From the NCBI GenBank assembly GCA_013239625.1, contig MU054187.1, forward strand, positions 5,777,757 through 5,841,756: 64,000 bases of DNA. The letters run 5' to 3'. The notes under the pieces are model-generated. The model had not been told where the DNA came from. It searched no databases and saw only the letters and a list, made by a program, of their open reading frames with translations. Positions 52,070 to 64,000 of the stretch are shown here, piece by piece. Origin of the DNA: Lama guanicoe. Its lineage: Eukaryota. Positions within the stretch are counted from its first letter, which is position 1, and the number at the start of each line of letters is the position of its first letter. The position numbers were made by a program, and so were the translations under genes.

Positions 52070-52530
52070 GAAAATTATGTAACCTCTGCATGAATATTTT
52101 CAATGGCAAGGAATCCACAATCAACACTTTCATTTCTGAACAAGTCTTTCATATATTGAATTAAGATCTGCTTTGCTGTAACTGCCTGTTTGTTTTAGGT
52201 TGTTTTTTTTTTTTTTCCTTTACCCTGGCTCGACCTCTGGAACTACACATAAGAATAACCTCTTGCTTCATGACAGTTCTTCAGTATTTTATAACCTGAA
52301 TCAATGTCAACAATGTGTCTTTGTGTTTGCCAGGCTGAAAATATCCCCTGCACCATCATTTGTCCACATGATGCATGATTTCAAGAGCTTCTGGTTTCCT
52401 GGTTACTCTCTGCGAAGCATCCTCCTCTATGGTAAAAGCCCTCACGCAGGAAAAACGGTCCAAGTGTTGGAAATGCGCCAAAGTGATTTCTGGTGTCTTT
52501 TCAGTGGAGCTCAGGGCATTGTTAGCAGAC
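52070..52530 (-). mobile_element. CR1/L3 fragment
   Basis: atgacagttcttcagtattt, ccaggctgaaaatatccc, tcctggttactctc are reverse-strand CR1 3' motifs. Confidence 0.5.
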
Positions 52531-54639
52531 CCTCAGGGTTGATCTAATTCCATAGGGGTGTGAACGTTCAATTGCCTCATGTTGACGAGGCTATTTCACA
52601 AATCTGCTGGAAGAGAGTTTAAGTTCTAGAAAAAGGGTAAGAGCACAAATGCTGTATGCCCACAGCCGTGTGAATGGCTCCCGTTCACGGCGATGCAAGG
52701 GAAGCTATAAGTCGGAATCTCGTCTTAAGTGGATTTTAATTAGTGAATTAAATAATATGTTTGACTTGTGCTCATTTTGTTTTTGTGATTTTCACCTTTC
52801 TGAAAACATGCTGTCAACACTCCTGAAATAGGATTCCCAGCACACAGTAGGGCACACCGGATGTGGGCTGAGCCCAGCGGGCTCCTCTGCGCTTGGCTGG
52901 TTGCTCCACGTCTCCCAGCGCTAGAGCTTTCTAACGACCTCACTAGCACGACTGAATTCTTGTCTTCACAGACGCTGCTCTAGCCCAGTTTCCCCTATCC
53001 CATAGCTTTTATTTTATAACTCAAATGCTAGATTTTTTTTCTGATGTTCTTGCCTTTTAAATTTAATGTTGAGACTCTAAGCACACTATTCGGCCCGAGA
53101 AAACCGCTGTCTTGTCACTGATGTCTTTACCAAAGTGCAAACTGGATGCCAAGAGTCACTCGGAGCTCAGTCAGAACTCAGAGAGGCGTTTGGTGAGCAA
53201 AATCCGCTTCCCCGGGTGGGAGGAGAGAGAGGAGAGGGGGAGGCGCTCCCTCCAGACGCCAGGTGAGGCACGGAGACCGCTGCAGGCGTGGTCGGGCTGA
53301 AAAGCATCCCGTCTGCGGGCGGGGCCTGCCCTTGGGAAGACTAACGCACAATTGTCCTCTCTTCCCTAATGCTGTGCTTCGATAAAATTACTCTCCTCCG
53401 GGGAGTGTAAAATGAAGACTATAAAATTGCTGGAGCCCCTCCCGGGGCCTCGCATGGGGCCCCATGACCTTGAGGGACCCTGAGTTTCCTTGGCTTCCCC
53501 GCAAGTCTGCCCCGCACTCAGCTGACTGGCTGGTTCAGAGCGAGTAGCCGGTGGTGCTGACCGCATGCGCAGCCCCGGCTTTTATGCCGCTCGCTTCCGT
53601 GACTCCCTAGCTCCTAAGGAGGATGTGCACGAGACTCCACGCTCCTGGTTTTTTTAGACTCGTTTAAGTTAGTCTGTGTTCCCTTTTAGAAGTCTCCTGT
53701 GGACAGCTACTTTCAAGTGTCTCAAGTTTACTTGGGTTTTTTCCAGAGTGAAACGATGGGGAGATGATTGCTCTGAAATCAAAAAGTAAGTGAAATTGAG
53801 GACCAACTTTATAGAAATGGGTTGTCTCACTTCTCTAATTATAATCCACTCATAGGAATTTTCAAAAGAAACTGATCCGGGGCCCTCGGGGGCTGTCGTA
53901 AGTCCTAGCTCCCATGGAGCTCACACTCCCAGGTGACACTGCAGGTGACAATGAGCCCAGCAGACTCGAATTTCCCCCGCTGCACTCCCAATTTTCAGCT
54001 TCCAATTCAGTGTCTCTGAACACATGACAAGAGAGTCCAAGAGCCCTGAAAGTAGAGACAGATCACAAAAGGGAAGCCAGAGAGAGTAGGTGAGGGTGAA
54101 AGATCTCCCCTTTGCATCCTTGGGGAGAGGGGAGCAGAAGAACCGTGTGCTTGGGTGCCCACGGAGCTTCCTGTGTCTTTAGCAACATGAGGGGACACCT
54201 CCTTCCAGGGTCCTGTTCCACCTGCTGTAGTCCTGTCCCGTCTTCCCGAGTGCTCCCGCCCCATGGGCTAGGTTGCTTTGTAAGAGGTAGAATGCCATGC
54301 TACTAATCTAGCTCTGTGCTGCCTTCCCAAGGGTAGGAGGAAGAGAATGGTCCTACTGCTATGCGTGTGTGTGCTGACACTTATTTGGGTAGGATATTGT
54401 TCTCATTGCTGTAGGGTGATCTCCCCATCCCTGAATCCCAGTTTCCACCCAGCCCATTTCTGGAACAATGTATGACTCCGATGAGCCCCCTCTTCCATAT
54501 CTAGGCCCCCCACTTCATGCCAAGGGAAGGGATATGTAAGTCCACAGAAGTGTAATGGCATAAATATGTCATAATCTGAGCATGTGTTCAAAAGCAGTAG
54601 AACTTGTAAGGTTCTTCCCTTTTACTCTCACCGTCCATT

Positions 54640-54870
54640 GTAGCCTGGTCGTGTTTAAGACCAAATTTCAGCTCCACCACTCACTCACCGGTTGTGTAAA
54701 CTTGGAAGATGACTTGAACTTTCTAAGCTTCACTTTCCCCATCTGTAAAATGCTGTAAGATGCAATGGCCACACTTACCTCTTATGTGATTATGGAGAGG
54801 ACGTATTTAAATAGTTTCCTGCACTGCCCGAACGCCTTCAGCGCTCAGGGAAAGGGGAGCTGCTATTATA
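54640..54870 (+). mobile_element. MIR SINE
   Basis: cagctccaccactcact, gacttgaactttctaagcttcactttccccatctgtaaaatg. Confidence 0.7.
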
Positions 54871-54939
54871 ACATTTGTCACTTGTCACTATGTCTTGTAA
54901 TGACTTTTGAACCCTTATATTATAATATAATATGTAACA

Positions 54940-55480
54940 TAATGTTTACCTGTTGTTGAAAGTATGCAGCTCAGTTGTTTTTACTATATTTACAGAGTTG
55001 TGTAACCATCACCATAATCTGAGTTGAGATCATCTTTTATAATCTCAGAAAGAAACTTTACACCCATTAGTATCACTCCCATTCCTCCTGCCTGAAAAAC
55101 CCTCTGGTATAACATTGAATATAAGTGGTGAGAGTGGACATCCTTGCCTTCATCCCAATCTTAAGGGTAAAGCCTTCAGTCTTTCATCATTTAGTATGAT
55201 CCTTGTTGACAGTTTTGGGCATATTTATCAGTCTGAGGAAGTTCCCTTCTATTGCTAGTTTGGTGAGCGTTTTTATCACGAAGGAGTGGTAGATTTTGTC
55301 AGAGATTTTTCTGTCTATTGAGATGATCTTGTAGTTTTTGTCTTTTATTCTGATAACATGGTGAATCACATTGATTTTTCTGATGTTAAGCCAACCTTGC
55401 ATTCCTGGCATAAATCCCAGTTTCTCGTGGTGTATAATCATTTTTATATATTGCTGGATTTTTTGTGCTAGTATTTTGTT
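54940..55480 (-). mobile_element. Old L1 fragments (3' end plus ORF2 RT piece)
   Basis: Minus strand gives [54 protein letters not shown] (L1 RT). Confidence 0.9.
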
Positions 55481-57089
55481 GGGCAGAAGATAGGACTGCA
55501 TGTCTTAATTAGGCCTAAATAGCTCAGTGCTTAATACATGCTGTAATGTGTGTCCAAAGGGGCTAAGACTAGATGAAGTCATATCCTGCTGTTGGTGAAG
55601 GATACAGGGGCCACACTTACTTAGAGCAGCAATTCCTCCCTGGAATAATCATGTTACAGAAATCTCCTGGATTTTGCATTATCAGGACTGCCAGGCACCA
55701 CTTTCAAATATAATATAAATAATGCAAAAACTTATTTAGTAAACCAAGAAATATATACAGCTGCATATAATGGGTTCTCCATAAATATCAGCTGATGGCA
55801 CTAAAATGACATAAAGAGAAAAATGCATGAGAAAAGCAAATGACTAAAAAAGAAAGATGACAACAAAAGTGATCAATCAAACATCTGTTCACAGATTCCA
55901 AAAGCATTTGTTGACCACCTGCTTGTGCCAGACTCTGGAGGGAAACCAAAAACACTAAGATACAGCCCTTGTTCCTCACAGTCTAGTGCAGAAGGCCGAG
56001 CAATAAACAAATAGCTACACTGCGGAGTGGTAAGCCCACAGTGCAAGTGTGTGCTAGGCTCCGAGGCAGCCCAGAAAAGGGAGTAAGGAAGTAAGTCAAC
56101 CCTCTGCACTGAGTACATGAATTAAGCTCCCTCCGTATTAAGTACGTGAATGGATCGCAGGGTCCACCGAGGGAGAGACAGGGTGGAGTCAGGGAAGGCA
56201 AGGGAGGAAGTCAGGAGAGTTGGGGGGCAGAACCAGGGAAGCAGGAAGAAAGAAAGAAGTGTGGGAGCAGATACACCCACGCCTCTTGTGCAAGTTCTGA
56301 TATGTGTGTGTCCGTGTGTGTGCTGTGTGTATGGGTATAATCCCTATCTGAGGTTTAATTCTAAACCAGATCACCCATTTCCGGGTCTTATAAACCAGGC
56401 ATTCTATACATACGCATCCCTTAGCCCGCTGAAAACCACTGCTATTAATAACATGTAGGCGATGAGGTTATTGTGAATACCTGTGTATCATCGCTGGGTC
56501 CAGGTCCATCTCCTCGGTAAGAAACACCGAAACAAATCACATTCTCCTTTGGCTACCAGAGCTGACTTTCCCACACTGCCTCATTTATTTTACAAATTGC
56601 ATTTCCTCAAAAGTTCTGTAAAGGATTCCGTAGAGTTCACATCTCACCCATTAAATAGGCTGTTTCTCTTTGCTCCAAGTAATCCAGGACTTATCCCAGC
56701 TCTTTGAACACAGATGCCTTCCAGCGGCTAGGAGGTCTTACTTCTTTTGAGCGACCTGAGCCATGAACCAGTCTCTAAGCATCCAGTGTGTGTCAGCGGG
56801 CTATTTCACAATTCATGGCAAATTCCAAAAATTTAAATTGGAGAAAGTAGTCCCCGATCAAGAAAGCATTCTGAGTTTAAAATGATTGCTTTATATGCAT
56901 GCCAGATGACACCGTGATAATAGTAGCTGACGGGCACAGAAGGCCCCAGGCACTGCTACACGCACTCGTTAACTTCCTCAGGCCCCAGCGCCCTGCAGGA
57001 CTCCTCCGTGTATTCCTGATGGCCCGGCACTCTAAAACAGCTAACCTTTTCTAGTCTTTATCAATAAAGGACACGCGGTTGTCGGTACC

Positions 57090-57240
57090 CAGTAACGGTT
57101 ATTATTATCCAATGTCTGTCTGAGCACATGGGTGCACAGAGAGGTGAAGCAGATCGCCCAAGGTCACACAGCGGGGGAGCCTGAGAGCAAAACCGGAAAC
57201 CAAGAAGTTGAGATCCAGAGCCAAGCTCTGCACCACCAGG
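57090..57240 (-). mobile_element. MIR SINE
   Basis: attattatcc..gcacagagaggtgaagcagatcgcccaaggtcacacagc. Confidence 0.7.
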
Positions 57241-57861
57241 TTTCATGGCCTCTCAGGAGTGAATGAAACCAGATAAGAGCCCTTATCAGAGAGAAACGGT
57301 GGCCTCATTAATCCATGACATAAGCTGTGCTTTAAAACCAACAAAGCAAAATGTGCAACAAGCCAGCCCGGAGTCTTACTGGTCAGCGGCAGGAAATGGA
57401 ACCATTGCTCTTCAAACACAGTAAGAACAAGCGCGCTGCCTGCCCGGCCCCAGCCTCGGCCCCAAGTGGAAGGGACTGGAAGGGCTGGGGTCTTGGGTGG
57501 AGGACCTGGAAGAGGGTCCCATCACTGAAGAGCAGTTCCGTGAGAAGGGGAAGGGGCTGCACATGAGGGGCCCAGAGGGAGCCTTCTTGCTGACACGTGA
57601 ACTGTGAGAGACTTGGGACACAAGGCAAGGACTGCCCCGGGCAAATTCACCAGGATGAAGCCTTCCCCCCACCAAACACACCCTCTCCCTGTGGCCGTTT
57701 CCCTCATAAACTCTTGAATCCCTGTCCCCTGCTGAGCAGCAGCCCTGGGAAGAACCCTGTACAGTGACAGCCAGTTGTCGCATTTGCTTTAGTCACAGGT
57801 GGTCAGTGAGAAGTAGGGAAGCTAATCCACGAAGCCGGCAAGGGGACAGAAGTGATGCTCA

Positions 57862-58420
57862 TCTAAGTTATCTTTTGCTAATGTAATAAATTGTTCCAAA
57901 ATTTGAGGGCTTAAAAAAACGTCATCTCGTGGTTTCTGTGGGTCAGGCTCTGGGCTCAGCTTGGGTGCCGGCCTGTCTCTCACGAGGCTGCAGGCCAGGT
58001 GAGGACTGGGGCAGGGTCCGCTTCCTGGCTTCCGCATGGGGCCTTTGGCAGCCTCAGTCCCTGGTAACTGTTGGCCAGAGACATCCGCTTCTTTCCACGA
58101 GGGCCTTTCCGTAGGGCAGCTCATGACTTGGCTGCCAGTTTGAGAGAGAGAGAAAGAGAGACACAGAGAGAGACAGTCCAAGGGAGAAAGAACCAAGATG
58201 CATCCAGAGTCTTTTCATAACTTAACCTGGAAGAAGCAATCCCGTCACCCGTGCCCTATTCTGTCTGCTAGAAGCCAGTCCCCAGATCCAGCCTCCACCC
58301 CAGGGGAGGGGCTAACACAAGGGTATGAATACCACTGGGGCAAAAGGAAGACAGAGACAGTGGGAGAGATCTGATGAGGGAGAAGCCTTGTTGAACTTTA
58401 AGATGATCATTTTTGATACA
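57862..58420 (-). mobile_element. MaLR LTR (MLT1E/F-like)
   Basis: agttatcttttgctaatgtaataaatt..ccaaaatt..ggcttaaaa, ggtttctgtgggtcagg, cacaagggtatgaatacca. Confidence 0.7.
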
Positions 58421-61329
58421 GAAACACTTCTCTATGTAGCTAATCTGCAAGCAGCCTGTTGCTCAGGTCATAGAAATATACAAGAAAAATGCAGTGACAT
58501 TTTCTTCCTCTTTGTCTGAGTTATCCGCAGATCCTCAGCAGTCTCCCTTCCCCGGCTGCACCGCTGATCCTTCAGAGTCCCAGGACTGGTTGACCTCTTG
58601 TCAGTGACACTACTGGCATTTGGGACATATCTAGGGTAACAGTTTGTCATCCACACTTGACACTTTTAGAGTGAAGGGACTCTATTTCTAATTATATGGG
58701 GACAACAGGCAAACCAGGATGCCTGTCACTCTCCTCTGAGGCCACGTCCGTGCTTTAAGGAGTGCCTTTCACCCCTCCCTCCTCCTCTCTCCCTCACCCT
58801 CCATCTCCTTCTGTCCTTTGCTCCCGTCACTCACTTTCCATTCTCTCTCCGTATCAGTGCTGTTAAATGTGAGCTGGAGACGGAGGCATCTTCTGGAGCA
58901 GTGTTGCCCTCCCCCTCTCCTGGGTAACTTGCTCAGCAGCTGCCTTCGGAGATGAGGGAGCACCACAGTGCTCCCCGCTGTGACCCGGATTCCCGACCCC
59001 ATCAGCACCACCACTGCTGCCACTGAGGGCTGTGTCCTCCTTCCCCACCATCAACACATCTATGTCTGTGCGTGTGGACTGTTCCCAGATAGGATATCAG
59101 AGATGGGAAAGGATTACGAGAAATATTATCAGTGTTAACGAGTGGTTTTTTGTTTTTAAAATGCATTTCTTAAGCATCTCTGTGTGCAGAATGTCTATTG
59201 GCTAACATGCCATCACCTCATGGTGTTTTTTTTAATTATGCATGTAGAAGTTAATATATCATTAAAAATATGTACGCTGGTATTTGCCTCAGTCAGGAAT
59301 AGGAACTTTGTTACTAAAATTGAATATTAAGCTGAGAAACCATTGACATCATACCCAGTATCTCCAAGCCTTGTGCCCCCCTAAGGAAACAGGTTTTTAC
59401 AATCTTTTAGTTGTCCCCAGTGGAGAGACATTAGCCAGATTGTTGTTAAACAGATAAAATTTAGGAAACTACATCCGTGAACTGAGTTGTTCATTAAAAT
59501 AATGGTGCTTCCTACTGCTTTCCTTCCTCTCTTAGTAAACATCCTTTAATTCATTCAAGAAAGCGTGGATGTGAACAGAAGAATGTTTTCTTAAAACTGA
59601 AAAAGAAATTTCTTAGGATCTTCATCGCAGTCACTTCCGGGTCATAGGCACAAAAGCAATTCACGTTGAAATTAGCAGTTACAGTTTCTAATGGCCTGGA
59701 GAAGCCATATGTCTTTTTAACTATGCAGTCTTTCAGGATAGGTGAATGTGAAAGTGAATTTTCTCCTTCTTCTCAACTCAAGCAAACTGAATTGGCAACA
59801 AATAGGAAATCATTGTTCAGAGCTACTACAGAGTGCATGAACGGTGTTATCAAATGCAGTCTAGACTGCTATTAGTTTAGCAGCAAAGAAAATGTTTCTA
59901 TCATATGGTTTTTATCAAGGGGATTAAATAGAAGGATTGATAACCAGTGGGTAATATTCTCTCTTGAGTTAACTTTTAAATGGGTCACATTGTTCTGTTT
60001 CATTGGAAACTGAAAATCAATGCAATATCAGCAATGTTTGTGAAAAATAGCACGTTATCTGGGACTGACTGGAGCGGGGGGTGGGGAAATGTATGCCTTT
60101 ATAAATTAAGTTTTAAAATCTGACAGGGGCATCGTAGCTCATCTGTTCCAAGCCCCTCGTTTTTTACCTGCAAAAGTAGACGTCAGAAATATTAAGGGAC
60201 CAACGCAAAACAACTATTCAGCATCAGAATTAAGATTTCAGCTGTAAAAACCTGTTTCAATTTAAGCACATAGTGTGTGATTGTTTTTTTGAATCAAGAT
60301 AAAGAGAGAAGACAAGAATTTATCCTGAGATGATTGTCTCTGATAAATATCGTTGAAGATTCTAGAATTATTTATCCCCTCGATGAGTCTTGACTATAAT
60401 AAAAGTCAACAAGTGAAAATAGAGGAAAACAAGGCAGAGGAACAATTTCCTCCCCAAAGAAGATGGAAGTAGCCCTTTCCTTCCCAATTTCAGCAAACAG
60501 ACCCTGGACCCCTCAGTGGTGTCCCTGTCCCCTGAGCCCTGGAGGAGCTGAGTGCCGTGTTGCCCGGGCCACGGGCCGCACCGCAATCAGCCCTTCTGTG
60601 CGTGGAACCAGTGGACCTGTGACCTCAACGACAGCCACCTCAGTCGGCCTAAATCAAACGTTAAGAAACAAGGAAAGAAATCCAGAGAGGGTTTTGTCTC
60701 CCTGCTCCAAAGAGGCCAATACTAACCTCCCTGGTCCTGCCCCCCAGAACCCAGGTGACACTGGGGCACATTCGTCTAAAGCCAGGCTGCAGGAGCCGCT
60801 TTTGAACAAGATCAGATCGCCCCTCGAACCAGACTGCCTTTGACCTCTAGGCCACTCACCGCGGACTGGGGACCTTACAGGTTGTATTTCGTGGATTTGG
60901 GGCTTGACAGGGCTGAAAGTGAAAGTTCTGTGTGCAGAACCCATTAAATCAAGCTTCCAACGCAGAACACGCTTTTTCCTGCCTCCTGCTTGCTGCTGAG
61001 AGCCATCCTGGCGAACGAGAAGTTGAACAGCTGGGAGACCAGGCAGTTCGCGTTTTCCCTCCCTCCGGACTCCACCTCCTAATCGCTGCTCAAGGACACA
61101 CCGGGAGACGTGGGCCCTGCTAAATTAGTAGCTGATGGAGGTCCCTTGATAAATTAAAAAGAAATGAATTAGTATCAGTGCTCTGTAAGGTGCGGCCTGA
61201 AGCACCTCGCTGGCAGAGATAACTTAGGATGGCCCAGTTACGATTATAATGAAGGGCTCAATGAGGTGATATTCCCAGGGGAATTTTTAAAATTAGAAGA
61301 CTGCACAGTGATGATAACCCACATATAAA

Positions 61330-61565
61330 CAAGAGCTAACGCTGCTGAGCCCTTGCTGCCTAGCAGACGCTGCTGAGCTATTTACAAACCCGATCTCGTT
61401 TCTTCTCGGAACGACCCTGAGAGATGGGTTCAATTATTAGGTCCATTTTAGAGGTGGTGCCCGAAAGCTTGGAGGGTCAGTAACTTGCCGTAGGTCACAC
61501 AGCTAGGAAACTGGGGGGTTGGGTTTTGAATCTATGTAGTTTGACTCCAGAATCCACCCATAACT
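61330..61565 (-). mobile_element. MIR SINE
   Basis: accctgagagatggg..attattaggtccattttagagg, taacttgccgtaggtcacacagctag. Confidence 0.7.
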
Positions 61566-61684
61566 GCTTTGTGTAACTGTGATGAAGACGTTTATCAAGT
61601 TGTGATGTGTTCAAACATTTTTATCACTACACACAAAATCATTTAAAGATCAGAGTCAAAAGAGTTATTATGGATCCAAAGTTG

Positions 61685-61870
61685 AAAAGGGGAAGGTTTG
61701 GGGGGATTCACAGACACACGTGACTATATATAAAATAGGTAAACAAGGAATGTAAGAGAATTTGAAAGGAAAATATAGACATGTATGTATACGTGTAACT
61801 GAATCCCTTTGCTGTACACCTGAAACTAACATGGTAAATCAACTACACTTCAATAAAAGAGTTTTTAAAA
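61685..61870 (+). mobile_element. 5'-truncated L1 3' end with internal deletion
   Basis: actatatataaaataggtaaacaagg..aactgaatccctttgctgtacacctgaaactaac..gtaaatcaactacacttcaataaaa. Confidence 0.8.
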
Positions 61871-64000
61871 AGTGGAAGGTTTGCAAAAATGGGCCAAGAC
61901 ATAGATATGAATGTAGGAAAGCCTGTGCGGGCCAGGGAGGAGGTTATTGTTCAACTATATAGGAGAAAAGGAAGCACGTGCAATGCTGTCTGTGTTTGCT
62001 CATTTTGGGCAATTTTCCCCCAAATGACCCTAATTCCGAGTAAGTGAGTAAAAGTGGGTAAATCCACACAACCAGCTTTCATTGCATTTCAACCTCATTG
62101 TTCTTCTCTTGGAAAGTGTCAGGCGTGATTAATTAGGAAGGAACTGGAAAGGGGAGGCCTGCAGACTTCTAAACACAGGCAGCGGACAATCTCCACTCTG
62201 CATGTGTGTCTTCGCGGGAGTGAAGAAGCCTGGTCCCTGGTTTCTAAGGACATTCCAAAGATGCTGTGCAGCTGGGAGAATGGTGAGCCAACAGCAGTCC
62301 TGAATTAAACTGAACCAAATTTTAACTCAGAAAAAAAAAAAAAAGCCCCTATTTTATTTCCATGAAAAGGCCTACTTTAGAGAAGGGTGAAGCCTTTCCC
62401 CCAGTTTCTGTCAGTCGTGATGTTGTTCAATCTTGGGTTGGCACATCTGAGAAGGTCTAAGATTTAGTGTTATTTTATGTAAACAGTTTCTAAACTTGGG
62501 GAACCGGGTTTCACGGAGGCCGAGGAGATGGAACTCACCACGTTCACGCCGTTCGGGCGAAGTTGTCCCAAGTTCCAGTTTCCTCTGCAGGACAGCTAGC
62601 TGGTTGAGGTACCAGTGTTTACACTGAAACACGTTGCCAACTCTCATACCACATCCTGACAGTTTTATTACAAATCACAAAATTAGAAAACCGCAGGTGT
62701 AAATTGTACATATGTCTAATGTATTTAGGTTGGCCCATGATAGTTTTCAGTTTGCTGTAATTCCTGATTTTCACATGTTGAGAAGTTATAGGAATACACA
62801 TTGGATTACAAGTTGCTCCCAAAGCTCCTTTTGTTAAAGGGAAAGTTACCTTGGAAAAGTACCCTGTGTTCATTTGTGGATCTTGCTTCTAGTCCAACCT
62901 TGTGGCTTTTGCTGACTCAAGAGAGGCCAAGTGCCTGCAGAAGTTCACTCTCAACTACATCAACAGTCTGGTCATCTTCCAGCGCGTTTCTTAAGTCATT
63001 AACAACAGTGCCTGGTCTGTGCTTTAGGAGCCTGAGCTGGGCTGAGACAACAATATTATTTCATTTCCAAAAGCACTTGACAGATTGGAAAGGTTTATTA
63101 GTAAATGCAGTTTGACCCAAATGAAAAAATTGTTGTTCATTTTAATGCACTGTGAAAGGAAGTGCAGAGTGATGAAGCAACAACAAGTATGTGTTCATTG
63201 CCTCCCATGGTTTATATGCTCTTCCACGGATTTGAACACTGGATCCAGTGGCCCCCAAGATGCTTCCAGAACCACCACCGCTCCTGAAGTTTACAGTCTG
63301 GCTGAGGGATGGGGTGGGGTTGGGGGCAGACAATTAAGCCCTTAGTGGTAGGGGTCTGTGTTAAGTGTTGACATCCAGGGAGTAAGGACCTGCACAGGCT
63401 GTGTGCACAGGAGGGGAGGGGACCGTAGGGGAGGGGACGAGAGAGGGGGAGGGGAGGAGAAGTCCCTGCTTCAGTTTGTGACTCCAAAAAGGAGATACAC
63501 TTGTACTGAATAGGTTTTGTTAACGCAACTGAATGTGATGAGTTCTGTGTGCTGTGAATCATCTTGGCAAGGAGAGATTGATCCTAGTTTTGGGGACCAG
63601 AGGAGGTCTCTTCAAGGAAGTGATATTTGAACTAGACCTTCAAGAATGGGTCGGATACCAGGAGGCAGGGATGAGAGGGGAGGATTTCCAACAGAGCAAA
63701 GACTTGGAAGCTGTTAAGACCCAGGGAGAACGGAGGGCCCAGCAGGCGCACAGCGGGAGAGCTGAGAGCAGGCTGAGCAGCGGAACTGGGGAGGCGGGTG
63801 TACCAGATGTTCAGGAGGGTATCAGAGCCCCAGGAAATGCAAAGCTAAGCCTTCCCTGAAGCAAAGATACAAGTTCCTAATATGACTTCACCCACTGTTT
63901 AAACCATGAATTCAATATGAGAAAAACTGATTATTTTGCTTCCTAAATCTCTAAAAGCAGAGGTCTCCCAAAAGCATAATTAGTCTTTGGAAGATGCCTG

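Noticed and set aside
63411..63457. GGGGA-rich G4-capable tract
   Set aside because: Common low-complexity intergenic sequence with no supporting context
1..64000. CRISPR arrays, operons, prokaryotic or viral gene systems, processed pseudogenes, sno/snRNA genes
   Set aside because: No regularly spaced repeat-spacer array, no gene-dense segment and no recognisable retrocopy or structured RNA seen by eye; a Rfam/BLASTX search would be needed to exclude very diverged ones

Overview
Mammalian genomic DNA, most likely camelid (inferred from tRNA-Ala-like Vic-1-type SINEs and artiodactyl-type L1 3' ends; no Alu, B1/B2, BovB/Bov-tA or PRE-1 seen). The window holds the 5' half of CA8 (carbonic anhydrase-related protein VIII) on the minus strand. 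It includes a CpG-island promoter at ~40.2-41.15 kb and coding exons 1-4 (40498-40597, 39173-39364, 27344-27468, 1068-1163; 100+192+125+96 nt = residues 1-171, all GT-AG, frame intact). Later exons lie beyond the left edge. The remaining ~23 kb is upstream intergenic DNA. Introns and flank are filled with ordinary mammalian repeats (L1, L2, CR1/L3, MIR, MaLR/ERVL/ERV1 LTRs, hAT and Tigger DNA transposons, lineage SINEs). Repeat families were recognised from memory of consensus sequences and their boundaries are approximate. I found no convincing novel multi-gene system, and most long ORFs in the track are noise. The best leads are a candidate 36-nt poison exon in intron 3, a promoter-like CpG patch ~13 kb upstream, an intron-1 ROR element, a strong CTCF-like site, a 15-bp perfect inverted repeat, a Z-DNA tract at the promoter, two apparently lineage-specific substitutions in exon 4, and several atypical retroposon insertions.
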